Source of the DNA: Candidatus Woesearchaeota archaeon | Lineage (GTDB): Archaea > Nanobdellota > Nanobdellia > Woesearchaeales > UBA10216 | Direction: 5' to 3' | Length of the DNA: 64,000 nt | NCBI GenBank assembly: GCA_016185705.1 | Contig: JACPMZ010000010.1 | Coordinates: 913-64,912 of the forward strand | Shown: one piece after another, positions 56,051 to 64,000 of the stretch | Numbering within the stretch: position 1 is the first letter of the stretch | How the letters are laid out: the number at the start of each line of letters is the position of its first letter | The notes under the pieces: generated by a model | What the model saw: only the letters and a program-made list of their open reading frames with translations | The model's database searches: none | What the model was told of the DNA's origin: nothing | Translations under genes and position numbers: made by a program

Positions 56051-56795
56051 CGAAATTCATACTCTTTGGAGGCGTGTTATCAAGCTGAGCTTGGCTGACA
56101 AGGCAAGCATTCTGCTTTCCCTGGTTTGGCCTCTTTTCCTGATTTTCATTCTTGGCATGGGTTTTGACTCTTTTGTGGAATTCAAGAGCGTTGAAACCAG
56201 TTATACAGCTTTTCTCGGCCCGGGCATAATTATCATGATGGTGTTTGCGGGCAGCGCTGCTGTTGGCAACTTAATCATTAAGGACAAGGAGGGTTTTATC
56301 AGGGAGCTTCTGGTTGCGCCTATTTCAAGGGCTTCAATTTTTGTTGGAACTGTTCTGGGAACTATGACAATCAGCTTCATTGTAATGATTATGGTTGCGA
56401 TGGTTTTCCTTGAGTACATTGGCGCTTTAAGCGTTCAGAATCTGCTTTGGACCCTGCTGTTCATGTTCCTTGCTGCCTTTGTTTCTTACGGCGGCAGTGT
56501 TGTCATCAGCTTTTTGTTCAGGAAGCCCGGCGCTTACCAGCAGTTTGTCGCGCTGTTCAGCTTTGTGATAGTTTTCCTTTCAGGCGCTTTCTTTCCGTTG
56601 AAGGATTTGCCTGTCTGGATGAAGTCATTGGCTTATGCTAATCCGATTACTTACGCTGTTGACGGTCTCCGCGGCCAGCTGATTGGCATAGCCCAGTTTT
56701 CTCTGGCAGCAGACATTTTTGCGCTGATAGGATTTGCAGTTCTTTTTACTGTTTTGGGCGCTTTGTTTTTCAGGAAATCTGTTGGCGCTGCTTAG
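56040..56795 (+). CDS. ABC-2 family transporter permease
   Basis: Six TM segments. Overlaps the ATPase gene. Confidence 0.75.
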   Translation: MRFSEIHTLWRRVIKLSLADKASILLSLVWPLFLIFILGMGFDSFVEFKSVETSYTAFLGPGIIIMMVFAGSAAVGNLIIKDKEGFIRELLVAPISRASIFVGTVLGTMTISFIVMIMVAMVFLEYIGALSVQNLLWTLLFMFLAAFVSYGGSVVISFLFRKPGAYQQFVALFSFVIVFLSGAFFPLKDLPVWMKSLAYANPITYAVDGLRGQLIGIAQFSLAADIFALIGFAVLFTVLGALFFRKSVGAA

Positions 56796-56962
56796 CACAC
56801 CTCCTTGGAATGCATCTTTCAGTTCTGGCGCTTTATTTCCGCCTCCCTAACTTTCGAAGGGAGGTGGAAATAAAGCGCGGTGTGAGATGCTGTAGATTAG
56901 AGGATGAAATTGGGGAACAGGCAGCCGCACGTACAGGCATCGGACGCCATAATTGCAGTGTT

Positions 56963-57241
56963 TTACCGCGCCAGAAAGCTTAATACGGATTTCTGCAGCA
57001 GCCATACTGCCAGAACGTAAACAAATAGCGTGTGCAGCCCGAACACAGCCATTGCCAGTATGTACAGCGCTGTTATGAAGTCTCCGAAGCTTGCAAAATC
57101 CTTGGGAAATGCTAATGCTTTGCCTGCCAGGTAAACGGCAAATCCAATCCCCAGTCTTGCTCCAATCAGGTCAAAGTGCAGCAGCAGCATTCCTGCAGCT
57201 GCCAGCAGGTCCAGCGCTCCAAGCACCCACAGAACGACCAT
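56963..57241 (-). CDS. Small membrane protein, hypothetical
   Basis: 92 aa, three TM segments. Confidence 0.4.
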   Translation of the reverse strand: MVVLWVLGALDLLAAAGMLLLHFDLIGARLGIGFAVYLAGKALAFPKDFASFGDFITALYILAMAVFGLHTLFVYVLAVWLLQKSVLSFLAR

Positions 57242-57242
57242 C

Positions 57243-57542
57243 TTACATTATCCCGAGTTCCATCTTTGCTTCTTCTGTCATTTTGTCAGGGCTCCACATC
57301 GGCTCCCAGACTATGTCTACTGTTACGCCTGTTACTCCGCTGATTTTTTTGACTTTTTCCTCAACCGCATCCAGAATCAATGGCCCTACAGGGCATGCGG
57401 GGCTTGTCAGCGTCATTTTTATTACAACCATGCTGCCGTCAATAGCAACATCATACACGAGCCCGAGGTCTACTATGTTTATGTGCATCTCAGGGTCTGT
57501 CACTTCCTTCAGTTTTTCCATGACGGTTTCTTTGGTTGGCAT
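57243..57542 (-). CDS. DUF59/SufT (MIP18-family) Fe-S assembly protein
   Basis: PEMHINIVDLGLVY...TSPACP motif. Confidence 0.7.
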   Translation of the reverse strand: MPTKETVMEKLKEVTDPEMHINIVDLGLVYDVAIDGSMVVIKMTLTSPACPVGPLILDAVEEKVKKISGVTGVTVDIVWEPMWSPDKMTEEAKMELGIM

Positions 57543-57615
57543 GGAATTAGGAATGTTTGGTGATTTAAAAAGGTTGGTGTAATGTTTTTATAATAGAATA
57601 TCTTGCCGTTTCCCT

Positions 57616-58920
57616 ATGGCAGGAATAAAAAGTCGGGAGGAAGTGGCAACGCTTGTTAAAAAAGTTCAGCCCTCAGGCATAAGGGAAATGCTGGAGCCCA
57701 AAATGAATTCAGCAGGGAATAAAACTTGGCGGGATTTTCAGAATAACAGCAACAAAGTTTTGGAAGAATTAATAGGGCTTGGCGTAATTGTTAAGCCGGA
57801 TTTGAAGTTGCCTGCTGGCTGGCATCAGTATAGTTATGAGAAGGGCGGCCTTTTCCCTGCTCCTCCTGAATATGCAGGGCTTGAGCAGCCATACAGGGAT
57901 TCGTGGAAGAGATTTATGGATGCCGTTTTGGAATTAAAGCCGGAGCAGGTGCTTTACATCAGCGAGGAAAATAATCTTTGGCCTTTTATTCCAAGAAGAA
58001 GACTTTCAAAGCGGCATAACCTGGTTTCTGCTCCGCGGTTTGACAGTCTGGATAGGATTGACAAATTATCTGTGCATGCCTTGGCTGTGCGGCTGGGCGA
58101 GACCCGTATTGGCGATATTTTTGTTGGAATGGATTTTCAGGGGGTGCAGCATACGGGCAGGGAGTACAGGGTTTTCCATATTTCAGATATTTTCAGGGGC
58201 CAGCTGATGGATGAGGTTTTACCGAGAAGGATTGGCGACGATTGGCTTGGAGAAGTTGCCTTTTATGCTGATTCCCCGGATATTTGGAGCATGGGGCTGG
58301 AGGCATTGGTTAAAAATATCCCTTCACTGGGCTCTCCCGGCGATGCAGTTGATGTAGAGCTGCACCACGTGCCTCTCGTGCATGTTTCCCAGTTGAAGAA
58401 GGGCATTGTAACGGTTGATCCATCAGCGCGCGCGATTAGCTACAATTTCAGGGCTACAGACCCCTGCGAGAAAAGAAAGTGGATGATTAAATACGGCAGA
58501 GGGCAGGTTTTCGGTAAGTCTGACAGGAAGGGTGACGAGTTGTGGCTGGATCATCACGTTGTATTCGCCTATAGCAGGATGAGAAGGTTTGCGGATTGGC
58601 TCAGGGAGGGTGAAGCTGATCCTGGCAGGCGCTTTGTTATTCTGCCGATGTTTCCATCTCCGGCAAAGGAAGAAACCAAAGAAGGATTCAGAAAGATGTA
58701 CGGCACAAAAACCGAAGAAGGTGTTATTGGAGGTGTTGTTGTTGATGCCCGCCTGCCTGTTGGCCAGTTTGGCCATAGGCTGGACAGGCATTCGCTGAGC
58801 GAGCGTCTTGTTGACTTGGACATTGCATTGCATAACCTGGTTGCTGTTACTGCTGACTCCATGAGGCCGGAGGGCCACAGAATTGTGTATTCAAAAAGTG
58901 CTAAGGCGCTTCCTGTGTAA
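57616..58920 (+). CDS. Large hypothetical protein (434 aa), no recognised domain
   Basis: Long ORF with coding-like composition and no motif I recognise. Confidence 0.45.
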   Translation: MAGIKSREEVATLVKKVQPSGIREMLEPKMNSAGNKTWRDFQNNSNKVLEELIGLGVIVKPDLKLPAGWHQYSYEKGGLFPAPPEYAGLEQPYRDSWKRFMDAVLELKPEQVLYISEENNLWPFIPRRRLSKRHNLVSAPRFDSLDRIDKLSVHALAVRLGETRIGDIFVGMDFQGVQHTGREYRVFHISDIFRGQLMDEVLPRRIGDDWLGEVAFYADSPDIWSMGLEALVKNIPSLGSPGDAVDVELHHVPLVHVSQLKKGIVTVDPSARAISYNFRATDPCEKRKWMIKYGRGQVFGKSDRKGDELWLDHHVVFAYSRMRRFADWLREGEADPGRRFVILPMFPSPAKEETKEGFRKMYGTKTEEGVIGGVVVDARLPVGQFGHRLDRHSLSERLVDLDIALHNLVAVTADSMRPEGHRIVYSKSAKALPV

Positions 58921-59164
58921 TGGCAGAAGCTGTCTGCGGCATCTCTTCGCCGTAGCTTGGCACTGCTGACTTGGAAATGATTATTACGTCTCCGACTGAT
59001 TTTATGAGCTGGTGGGGCACTATTACGCCTTTTGCGCTGCCTAAGAGCTTGCTTAATGCGCTTGTTTTGGTTGCCTTCACTCTCCATGCGGTTATCTTTG
59101 TTTTTGTCATTACTGCTTCTTCCACGTCTCCAAAGTAGTCTCCGGAGTCTGTGAATACCTTCAT
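58901..59164 (-). CDS. PRC-barrel-like small protein
   Basis: MKVFTDSGDYFGDVEEAVM... The longer 112-aa ORF in the track is a possible N-extension. Confidence 0.35.
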   Translation of the reverse strand: MKVFTDSGDYFGDVEEAVMTKTKITAWRVKATKTSALSKLLGSAKGVIVPHQLIKSVGDVIIISKSAVPSYGEEMPQTASAITQEAP

Positions 59165-59331
59165 GGAATATATGTCTGTAATCCTTTTGAGTTTTAGCAT
59201 GAACGCCCTGCATGGGTTCGTGTATTTAAAGTTTTTCATGGATTGCTGAATCTTTGGCGCTGTTTATCGTCAGCAGTCAGTGGCAAAACAGCAGAAGAAG
59301 TTTTTTAAACAGTTAAATAAGGCTATTCTCC

Positions 59332-60030
59332 ATGGAGAACCTGAGGATTATAGGCACATCCCATATAGCGGCGGAGAGTGTTGATGCAGTTAATAAGTAC
59401 ATTAAGGATGCGCAGCCGGATATTGTTGCCATTGAGCTTGACCGCAGGCGCGCCAATGCTTTGCTGCACGGCCAGAAGAGCAGGCTTTCTCCTAAGCTGA
59501 TAAAAGTTATTGGCGTTAAGGGCTTTTTGTTCATGGCAATAGCTGCTTTTCTTCAGCGGAAGCTCGGCAATATTGTGGGAGTTGAGCCTGGCTCTGAGAT
59601 GAAAGCAGCCCTTACATCTGCCATTAAATCCGGGGCAAGGGTTGCGCTGATTGACAGGCACATTGAGGTTACGATGAAGCGCCTCTCCCAGACTTTGACG
59701 TGGAAGGAGCGCTTCAGGTTTGTTATGGATATTTTCTCTGGCTTTTCGGGCGAAATGAAAGAGCTTGGAAGCGTTGATTTGCGCAAAGTGCCTGCAAAAA
59801 AAATTATTGACAAAGTGCTGCAGCGCCTGAAAAATCATTACCCCAATCTTTACAAAGTTTTGGTGGAAGAAAGAAACGAGCACATGGCTGCTGCTCTTGC
59901 AGATATAATGCATAAGAATCCTGACAGCAAAATTCTTGCAGTTGTCGGCGCAGGCCATGAGGAGGAGCTTGCTAATCTTGTAAAGAGGAATTACGGGGAA
60001 AGCTCCGGTTATAGTTTTAGTGCTGGGTAA
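59332..60030 (+). CDS. TraB/GumN-family protein
   Basis: IIGTSHIAAESV...VAIELD...AVVGAGH pattern. Confidence 0.7.
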   Translation: MENLRIIGTSHIAAESVDAVNKYIKDAQPDIVAIELDRRRANALLHGQKSRLSPKLIKVIGVKGFLFMAIAAFLQRKLGNIVGVEPGSEMKAALTSAIKSGARVALIDRHIEVTMKRLSQTLTWKERFRFVMDIFSGFSGEMKELGSVDLRKVPAKKIIDKVLQRLKNHYPNLYKVLVEERNEHMAAALADIMHKNPDSKILAVVGAGHEEELANLVKRNYGESSGYSFSAG

Positions 60031-60099
60031 CCTTCCGTTTCTTTGCCCGCTTGGGTGCATAGCGAAGCATTTAAAAACGCTGTTCCCGATTAAGCAGCC

Positions 60100-60855
60100 A
60101 TGGTTTATGGTTTTTATGAGTGGATGGCTCGCGTCAGGAAGTACGCTCCCTTCAGCAGGAAGGAGCTTATGTGGATTGGGGTTAGCATTGTTGTTCTGGC
60201 GTTTATTGTTGGCTTTGACGACGGCAGCGAGGAGTTTAATCTTGCCCGGTACGTTTCCAACATGGTTCTGAGCGTGGTGGTGGTTGCTGTTGCTGTTTTG
60301 GTTCATGAGTCTGCCCACCGCATTGCAGGCCCCAACATGGGCTACCGCATTGAGTTCAGGCCTTTCTTCTTTGGGCTGATTGGAGGCCTTATTCTGTCGT
60401 TCATGTCTTACGGCAAGATTCTGTTCCTTGCTTACGGCAGCTTTTTCCTTGACATCAGGGAAAAGCACCGGCTCGGCTACTTCAGGCATTATCTTGGCTA
60501 TTTTGACAACGGCAAGGTTGCTGTTGCAGGCCCGCTGGCAAATCTGGCTGCTGCAATGGCTTTCAAGAGCATGGTTTTCCTGCCTGAGCTGCTGGTTGCG
60601 AAGCTTGTTTTCATTAACGTGCTTTTCGCTGTTACAAACATGCTGCCCATTCCTCCACTTGACGGCTCGCATGTGATGTATGCTTCCCGCCATCTTTATC
60701 CTTTCACAATGGCTGCTATCATTGGGGCTGCTGTTCTGCTGCTTATTCCCGAGGTTAAGTGGTGGATGTCTATTCTGGGAGCATTGGTAATTGGCGTAGC
60801 TTACTCATTTATTTACTTCCACTACATAGAAAAGGCGTTTGGCAGCTGGGATTAA
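60100..60855 (+). CDS. Site-2 protease family (M50) membrane metalloprotease
   Basis: HESAHR (HExxH) and NMLPIPPLDG motifs in a polytopic protein. Confidence 0.7.
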   Translation: MVYGFYEWMARVRKYAPFSRKELMWIGVSIVVLAFIVGFDDGSEEFNLARYVSNMVLSVVVVAVAVLVHESAHRIAGPNMGYRIEFRPFFFGLIGGLILSFMSYGKILFLAYGSFFLDIREKHRLGYFRHYLGYFDNGKVAVAGPLANLAAAMAFKSMVFLPELLVAKLVFINVLFAVTNMLPIPPLDGSHVMYASRHLYPFTMAAIIGAAVLLLIPEVKWWMSILGALVIGVAYSFIYFHYIEKAFGSWD

Positions 60856-61031
60856 GCTTCTGATGCTGCTTGCTCGCGGGGTGGTGTCAGCTTTTGCGTG
60901 TTTCGCTGATAGCTCTTTATTCCTTCTGTCTTCGCAGTTGCAATCAAACAGCAAACTATATGCGGGAGCAGATATGCGGCGTGCGCAGGCAGCAGGGTAA
61001 ACACGCTTAACTTGACATTGCCTGCTACGGA

Positions 61032-61173
61032 CCTTATTGAAAAGTTCGCGCAGCCTCGCTCTGTTGCTGGCTTCCCTTCTTGCTTTTTCCCTCCCTTAAA
61101 TATTCAGGGGAGGGAAAAAGCAGGAAGAACAGCGGGATAAACGCAGCGGTAAAGTGAACTTTTCAATAGCACC
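61032..61173. repeat. Copy B of the ~142-bp intergenic element (hairpin 61076..61127)
   Basis: About 96% identical to 34411..34553. The hairpin has a G-U-compatible substitution on the + strand. Confidence 0.85.
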
Positions 61174-61555
61174 TGCTTACAGAAAGAATTTTATACATTA
61201 TTACGCTGCTATATGCATGATAATTAAGAACAAGAAGGGCTTTGAATTCCTTGCCAACTGGTTTTCCGTGCTGTTTATTGCTATCTTTGTTCTAAGTCTT
61301 TTTTTGGCGCTTGTCATAATCAATGCGGCTGTTAATTACAGTATCGTGGTGTTTGCTGCCGTAATCATAGCTTACTTTATCCATATGAATAAGGGTGATA
61401 ATGCGTTTCCCTACAAAGTGCTTGCCGTCGCTTTTATTGTTGGCTATGTGGCCGGTTATTTTGCCGGGCAGCGCGCAGGGCATTGGGCTGTGCTTATTGC
61501 ATTGTACGCTGGTTTCTTGTACGGAACGCTGAAGGTTTTGAAGCTGGCAAAATGA
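61154..61555 (+). CDS. Hypothetical membrane protein
   Basis: 133 aa, three or four TM segments. Confidence 0.4.
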   Translation: MNFSIAPAYRKNFIHYYAAICMIIKNKKGFEFLANWFSVLFIAIFVLSLFLALVIINAAVNYSIVVFAAVIIAYFIHMNKGDNAFPYKVLAVAFIVGYVAGYFAGQRAGHWAVLIALYAGFLYGTLKVLKLAK

Positions 61556-61597
61556 TTTGCATAACTATTTATTCTTTAATTTAACCCGCTTCTTATC

Positions 61598-63775
61598 ATG
61601 ATTAAGGGCTTCACTCCGCGTTTGTATCAGGAAACGATTCTTGCTACAGCCGTGAAGCGCAATACGCTTATTGTTCTGCCTACCGGGCTTGGCAAGACAA
61701 ACATTTTTTTGATGATTGCTGCCTCCCGGCTGAAGCAGTTTCCTGACAGCAGGATTCTGCTGATAGGCCCTACGAAGCCGCTGATTGACCAGTACTTTCA
61801 GGTTTTCCTGAAGCATTTTGAAGTTGACGAAGGCAGCATGTGCATTCTGACTGGTTTGGTTGCGCCTGAAAAAAGGCAGCACCTCTGGAACTCGTCAAAA
61901 ATTGTTTTCAGCACGCCTCAGGGGCTGGAAAATGACATTATAAGCAATAAGATTAACCTGAAAGACGTATCCCTTATTGGCTTTGACGAGGCGCACCGCG
62001 CAACTGGCGATTACAGCTATGTGTGGATTGCAAAGAAATACAGCAATGCTGCCAGTTTTCCGAGAATTGTCGGCATGACTGCTTCGCCCGGCAGCGACGC
62101 TGAAAAAATTGCTGAGGTTTGCAGTAATCTTCTCATAGAGGACATTGAGGTGCGCACAGAAAGCGATGATGACGTTAAGCCGTACATTCAGGAAATCCAG
62201 ACAGAATACATTAAGGTTGATTTGCCTCCGCAGTTTTTGGACGTGCAGAAAAGCCTGCAGCTGTGCATTAAGTCCAAGCTTGATGAGGGCAGGAAGTTCG
62301 GCTACATTCGCGCTCCGTTCGGGCTTAACAAGAGCGAGCTGCTTAAAATCCAGGCTGCCCTGCACATGAGGATGGGTCAGGGAAACCGTGATTTCACTCT
62401 GCTTAAGTCTGTGAGTTTGCTTGCTGAGATTATGAAGGCGTCCCATGCTCTTGAGCTTCTGGAAACTCAGGGCATTGCTCCGCTGAGGAAGTACATGCAG
62501 AAGCTGCAGGAGGAGGGCAGGACTTCAAAGGTGAAGGCTTTAAGGAATTTGTTGGCTGATGCGAATTTCAAAGACGCCATTATCAGGGCAGATAAGCTTT
62601 ACGGGGAGGGCGTGGAGCATCCCAAGCTTGATGCTCTGAAAAAGCTTGTGGCAGAAAACGCCGGCTCTAAAATTATTGTTTTCAGCCAGTACAGGGATTC
62701 TGCTGTTAAGATAAAGGAGGAGTTTGGCAGTATCGGCATAACCGCTGAAGTTTTTGTCGGGCAGGCAAAAAAAGGCGAGACCGGCTTGAGCCAGAAGGAG
62801 CAGAAGGCAATGCTTGACCGCTTTCGCGAAGGCCGGTTCAATGTGCTTGTAGCCACTTCAATTGGCGAGGAAGGCCTGGATATTATGAAGGTTGACCTTG
62901 TTGTTTTTTACGAGCCAATACCGTCTGCGATTCGCTCAATCCAGAGGCGCGGCCGCACAGGGCGGCAGGAGAAGGGCAGGGTGGTTGTTCTGGTAACCCG
63001 CAATACGCGCGATGAGGCGTTCAGGTGGGTTGCTCACCATAAGGAAAAGAGGATGCACCGCATTTTGAAGAATCTGAAATCGAAAATAAAGCTCAATGCT
63101 GCCATGCCAAAGTCTCTGGAGGATTATTCCGCGGATAATTTGCGCATTTTCGCTGACCACCGCGAGAAAGGGCCGATTATGCGCGAGCTTTCTGACATGG
63201 GAATTGCTGTTGAGCTTAAGGCGCTGCCTTCAGGCGATTATTTGTGCAGCAGCAGGGTTGCGGTTGAGGTCAAGGCAGTTGAGGATTTTGTCAATTCCAT
63301 TGTTGACGGCCGCCTTCTGAACCAGCTTCGGGACTTAAAGAGGAATTTTGAGCGGCCGATAGTCATCATAGAAGGAAAGCAGGACATTTACTCTGTCAGG
63401 GGCGTGCATCCCAATGCAATACGGGGTATGCTTGCAACGATTGCTGTTGATTACGGCATTCCTTTATTGAGAACGCAGGACTATGCTGAGACTGCGCAGC
63501 TGCTGCTGGCCGTAGCAAGAAGGGAGCAGGAAAAAAAGGATGACGGCATCCGGCTGCACAGCGCCAAGCCCCTTACTTTAAAAGAGCAGCAGGAATACAT
63601 TATCTCTGCGCTGCCCGGCATTGAATCCACTATTGCTAAATCTTTGCTTAAGCAGTTTAAGTCTGTTCACAGCATTATTACGGCTTCTGCTGATGAGCTG
63701 AAAAGCGCAGACATGGTAGGCGATAAAAAGGCTGCGGACATCAGAAGGGTTGTTGATGGCAGTTATGAGGGTTAA
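61598..63775 (+). CDS. hef: Hef helicase-nuclease (SF2 helicase + ERCC4 nuclease + HhH2)
   Basis: PTGLGKT, DEAH, a C-terminal ERCC4 domain and HhH motifs. 725 aa. Confidence 0.85.
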   Translation: MIKGFTPRLYQETILATAVKRNTLIVLPTGLGKTNIFLMIAASRLKQFPDSRILLIGPTKPLIDQYFQVFLKHFEVDEGSMCILTGLVAPEKRQHLWNSSKIVFSTPQGLENDIISNKINLKDVSLIGFDEAHRATGDYSYVWIAKKYSNAASFPRIVGMTASPGSDAEKIAEVCSNLLIEDIEVRTESDDDVKPYIQEIQTEYIKVDLPPQFLDVQKSLQLCIKSKLDEGRKFGYIRAPFGLNKSELLKIQAALHMRMGQGNRDFTLLKSVSLLAEIMKASHALELLETQGIAPLRKYMQKLQEEGRTSKVKALRNLLADANFKDAIIRADKLYGEGVEHPKLDALKKLVAENAGSKIIVFSQYRDSAVKIKEEFGSIGITAEVFVGQAKKGETGLSQKEQKAMLDRFREGRFNVLVATSIGEEGLDIMKVDLVVFYEPIPSAIRSIQRRGRTGRQEKGRVVVLVTRNTRDEAFRWVAHHKEKRMHRILKNLKSKIKLNAAMPKSLEDYSADNLRIFADHREKGPIMRELSDMGIAVELKALPSGDYLCSSRVAVEVKAVEDFVNSIVDGRLLNQLRDLKRNFERPIVIIEGKQDIYSVRGVHPNAIRGMLATIAVDYGIPLLRTQDYAETAQLLLAVARREQEKKDDGIRLHSAKPLTLKEQQEYIISALPGIESTIAKSLLKQFKSVHSIITASADELKSADMVGDKKAADIRRVVDGSYEG

Positions 63776-63817
63776 TGCATTCTTATATTTTCCCGCAAAT
63801 CTTTCGGTTTTCTATTG

Positions 63818-63862
63818 TATAGCGACTGACATTAGTTTTGCACAATGCCGTCAGTCGCTATA
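63818..63862. terminator. 13-bp perfect inverted repeat tatagcgactgac/gtcagtcgctata downstream of hef
   Basis: Hairpin with a 19-nt loop, 43 nt after the hef stop. Confidence 0.4.
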
Positions 63863-64000
63863 TCAGGAAGACACAACTATTTTGCATAATTATGGCAAAT
63901 GACACAAATCTTTATACATGGACATGTCATTTGCTTATTACGAACGGACAACTATTTGCATGAAAACTATTGTCCGTGAGTATACTTGTGTCTTCCGCTA

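Noticed and set aside
1-64000. CRISPR arrays, rRNA, IS elements or integrases
   Set aside because: No regularly spaced direct-repeat arrays, no rRNA-like segments and no transposase- or integrase-like ORFs were seen.

Overview
Archaeal chromosomal window. The archaeal assignment rests on PAN, archaeal-type TyrRS, RFC small subunit, Hef, HerA/Mre11, GatB, an Rpp30-like protein and AAC/SAC lipoboxes. Short intergenic spacers, ATGA overlaps and TATA-like boxes 25-30 nt upstream of start codons are consistent with that. GC is about 50%. The organism is possibly DPANN/Micrarchaeota-like, but that is a guess.

Genes in order:
- PAN (5' part), TldE/TldD, TyrRS, a solo Cas4-like nuclease, MscS, a GDT1-family transporter.
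- A complete bacterial-type oxidative pentose-phosphate operon, zwf-gnd-pgl.
- A VapBC module sitting between two paralogous mini zinc-ribbon genes.
- An accessory thiol-disulfide / heavy-metal island, about 12.4-35.5 kb.
- RfcS, then a cluster of paralogous lipoproteins and surface proteins (37-44 kb).
- An Rpp30-like protein, an AT-rich UPF0175/PIN-like toxin-antitoxin cassette, NcsA/TtcA-like tRNA thiolase, GatB, an intracellular subtilisin.
- HerA-Mre11 with no adjacent Rad50 or NurA, Nth, an ABC-2 transporter, a SufT-like protein, TraB, a site-2 protease, and Hef.

The thiol/metal island contains:
- A tight 7-gene minus-strand operon: ArsR-type regulator, MerA, a TlpA-like thioredoxin fused to a new His/Cys domain, a small membrane protein with CxxC inside a TM helix, CcdA, and a mini zinc-ribbon gene.
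- A GH15 hydrolase, a thioredoxin_7/DUF255-like gene interrupted by an in-frame TAG, glutamate dehydrogenase.
- A second ArsR with a SEC-C peptide and a glutaredoxin.
- CopA with an N-terminal YHS/TRASH plus two HMA domains, preceded by a 30-aa TRASH-like peptide.
- An ATP-cone protein, a second CcdA and a second novel-domain protein.
- A BlaI/BlaR1-like regulator pair with a TACA-N6-TGTA operator.
- A triplicated thioredoxin-fold protein, DsbA, and a CuA-type cupredoxin with DoxX.

The most novel signal is a recurring module of three parts. An uncharacterised extracytoplasmic domain of about 110 aa carrying HxH, HxH and Cys-pair motifs occurs four times. A family of small polytopic membrane proteins with a GxxCPxC motif in a TM helix, MerT/VKOR-like in architecture, occurs four or five times. 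Both sit repeatedly next to CcdA and thioredoxin-fold genes and to mer/cop determinants.

Also present:
- A family of eight intergenic hairpins sharing a CCCTCCC...GGGAGGG core with covarying outer stems. Two of them lie inside a ~142-bp element present twice, 27 kb apart.
- A 35-bp direct repeat flanking the dsbA-like pair.
- A TTCCGG-rich repeat array upstream of the subtilisin gene.

No CRISPR array, rRNA or convincing tRNA was seen.
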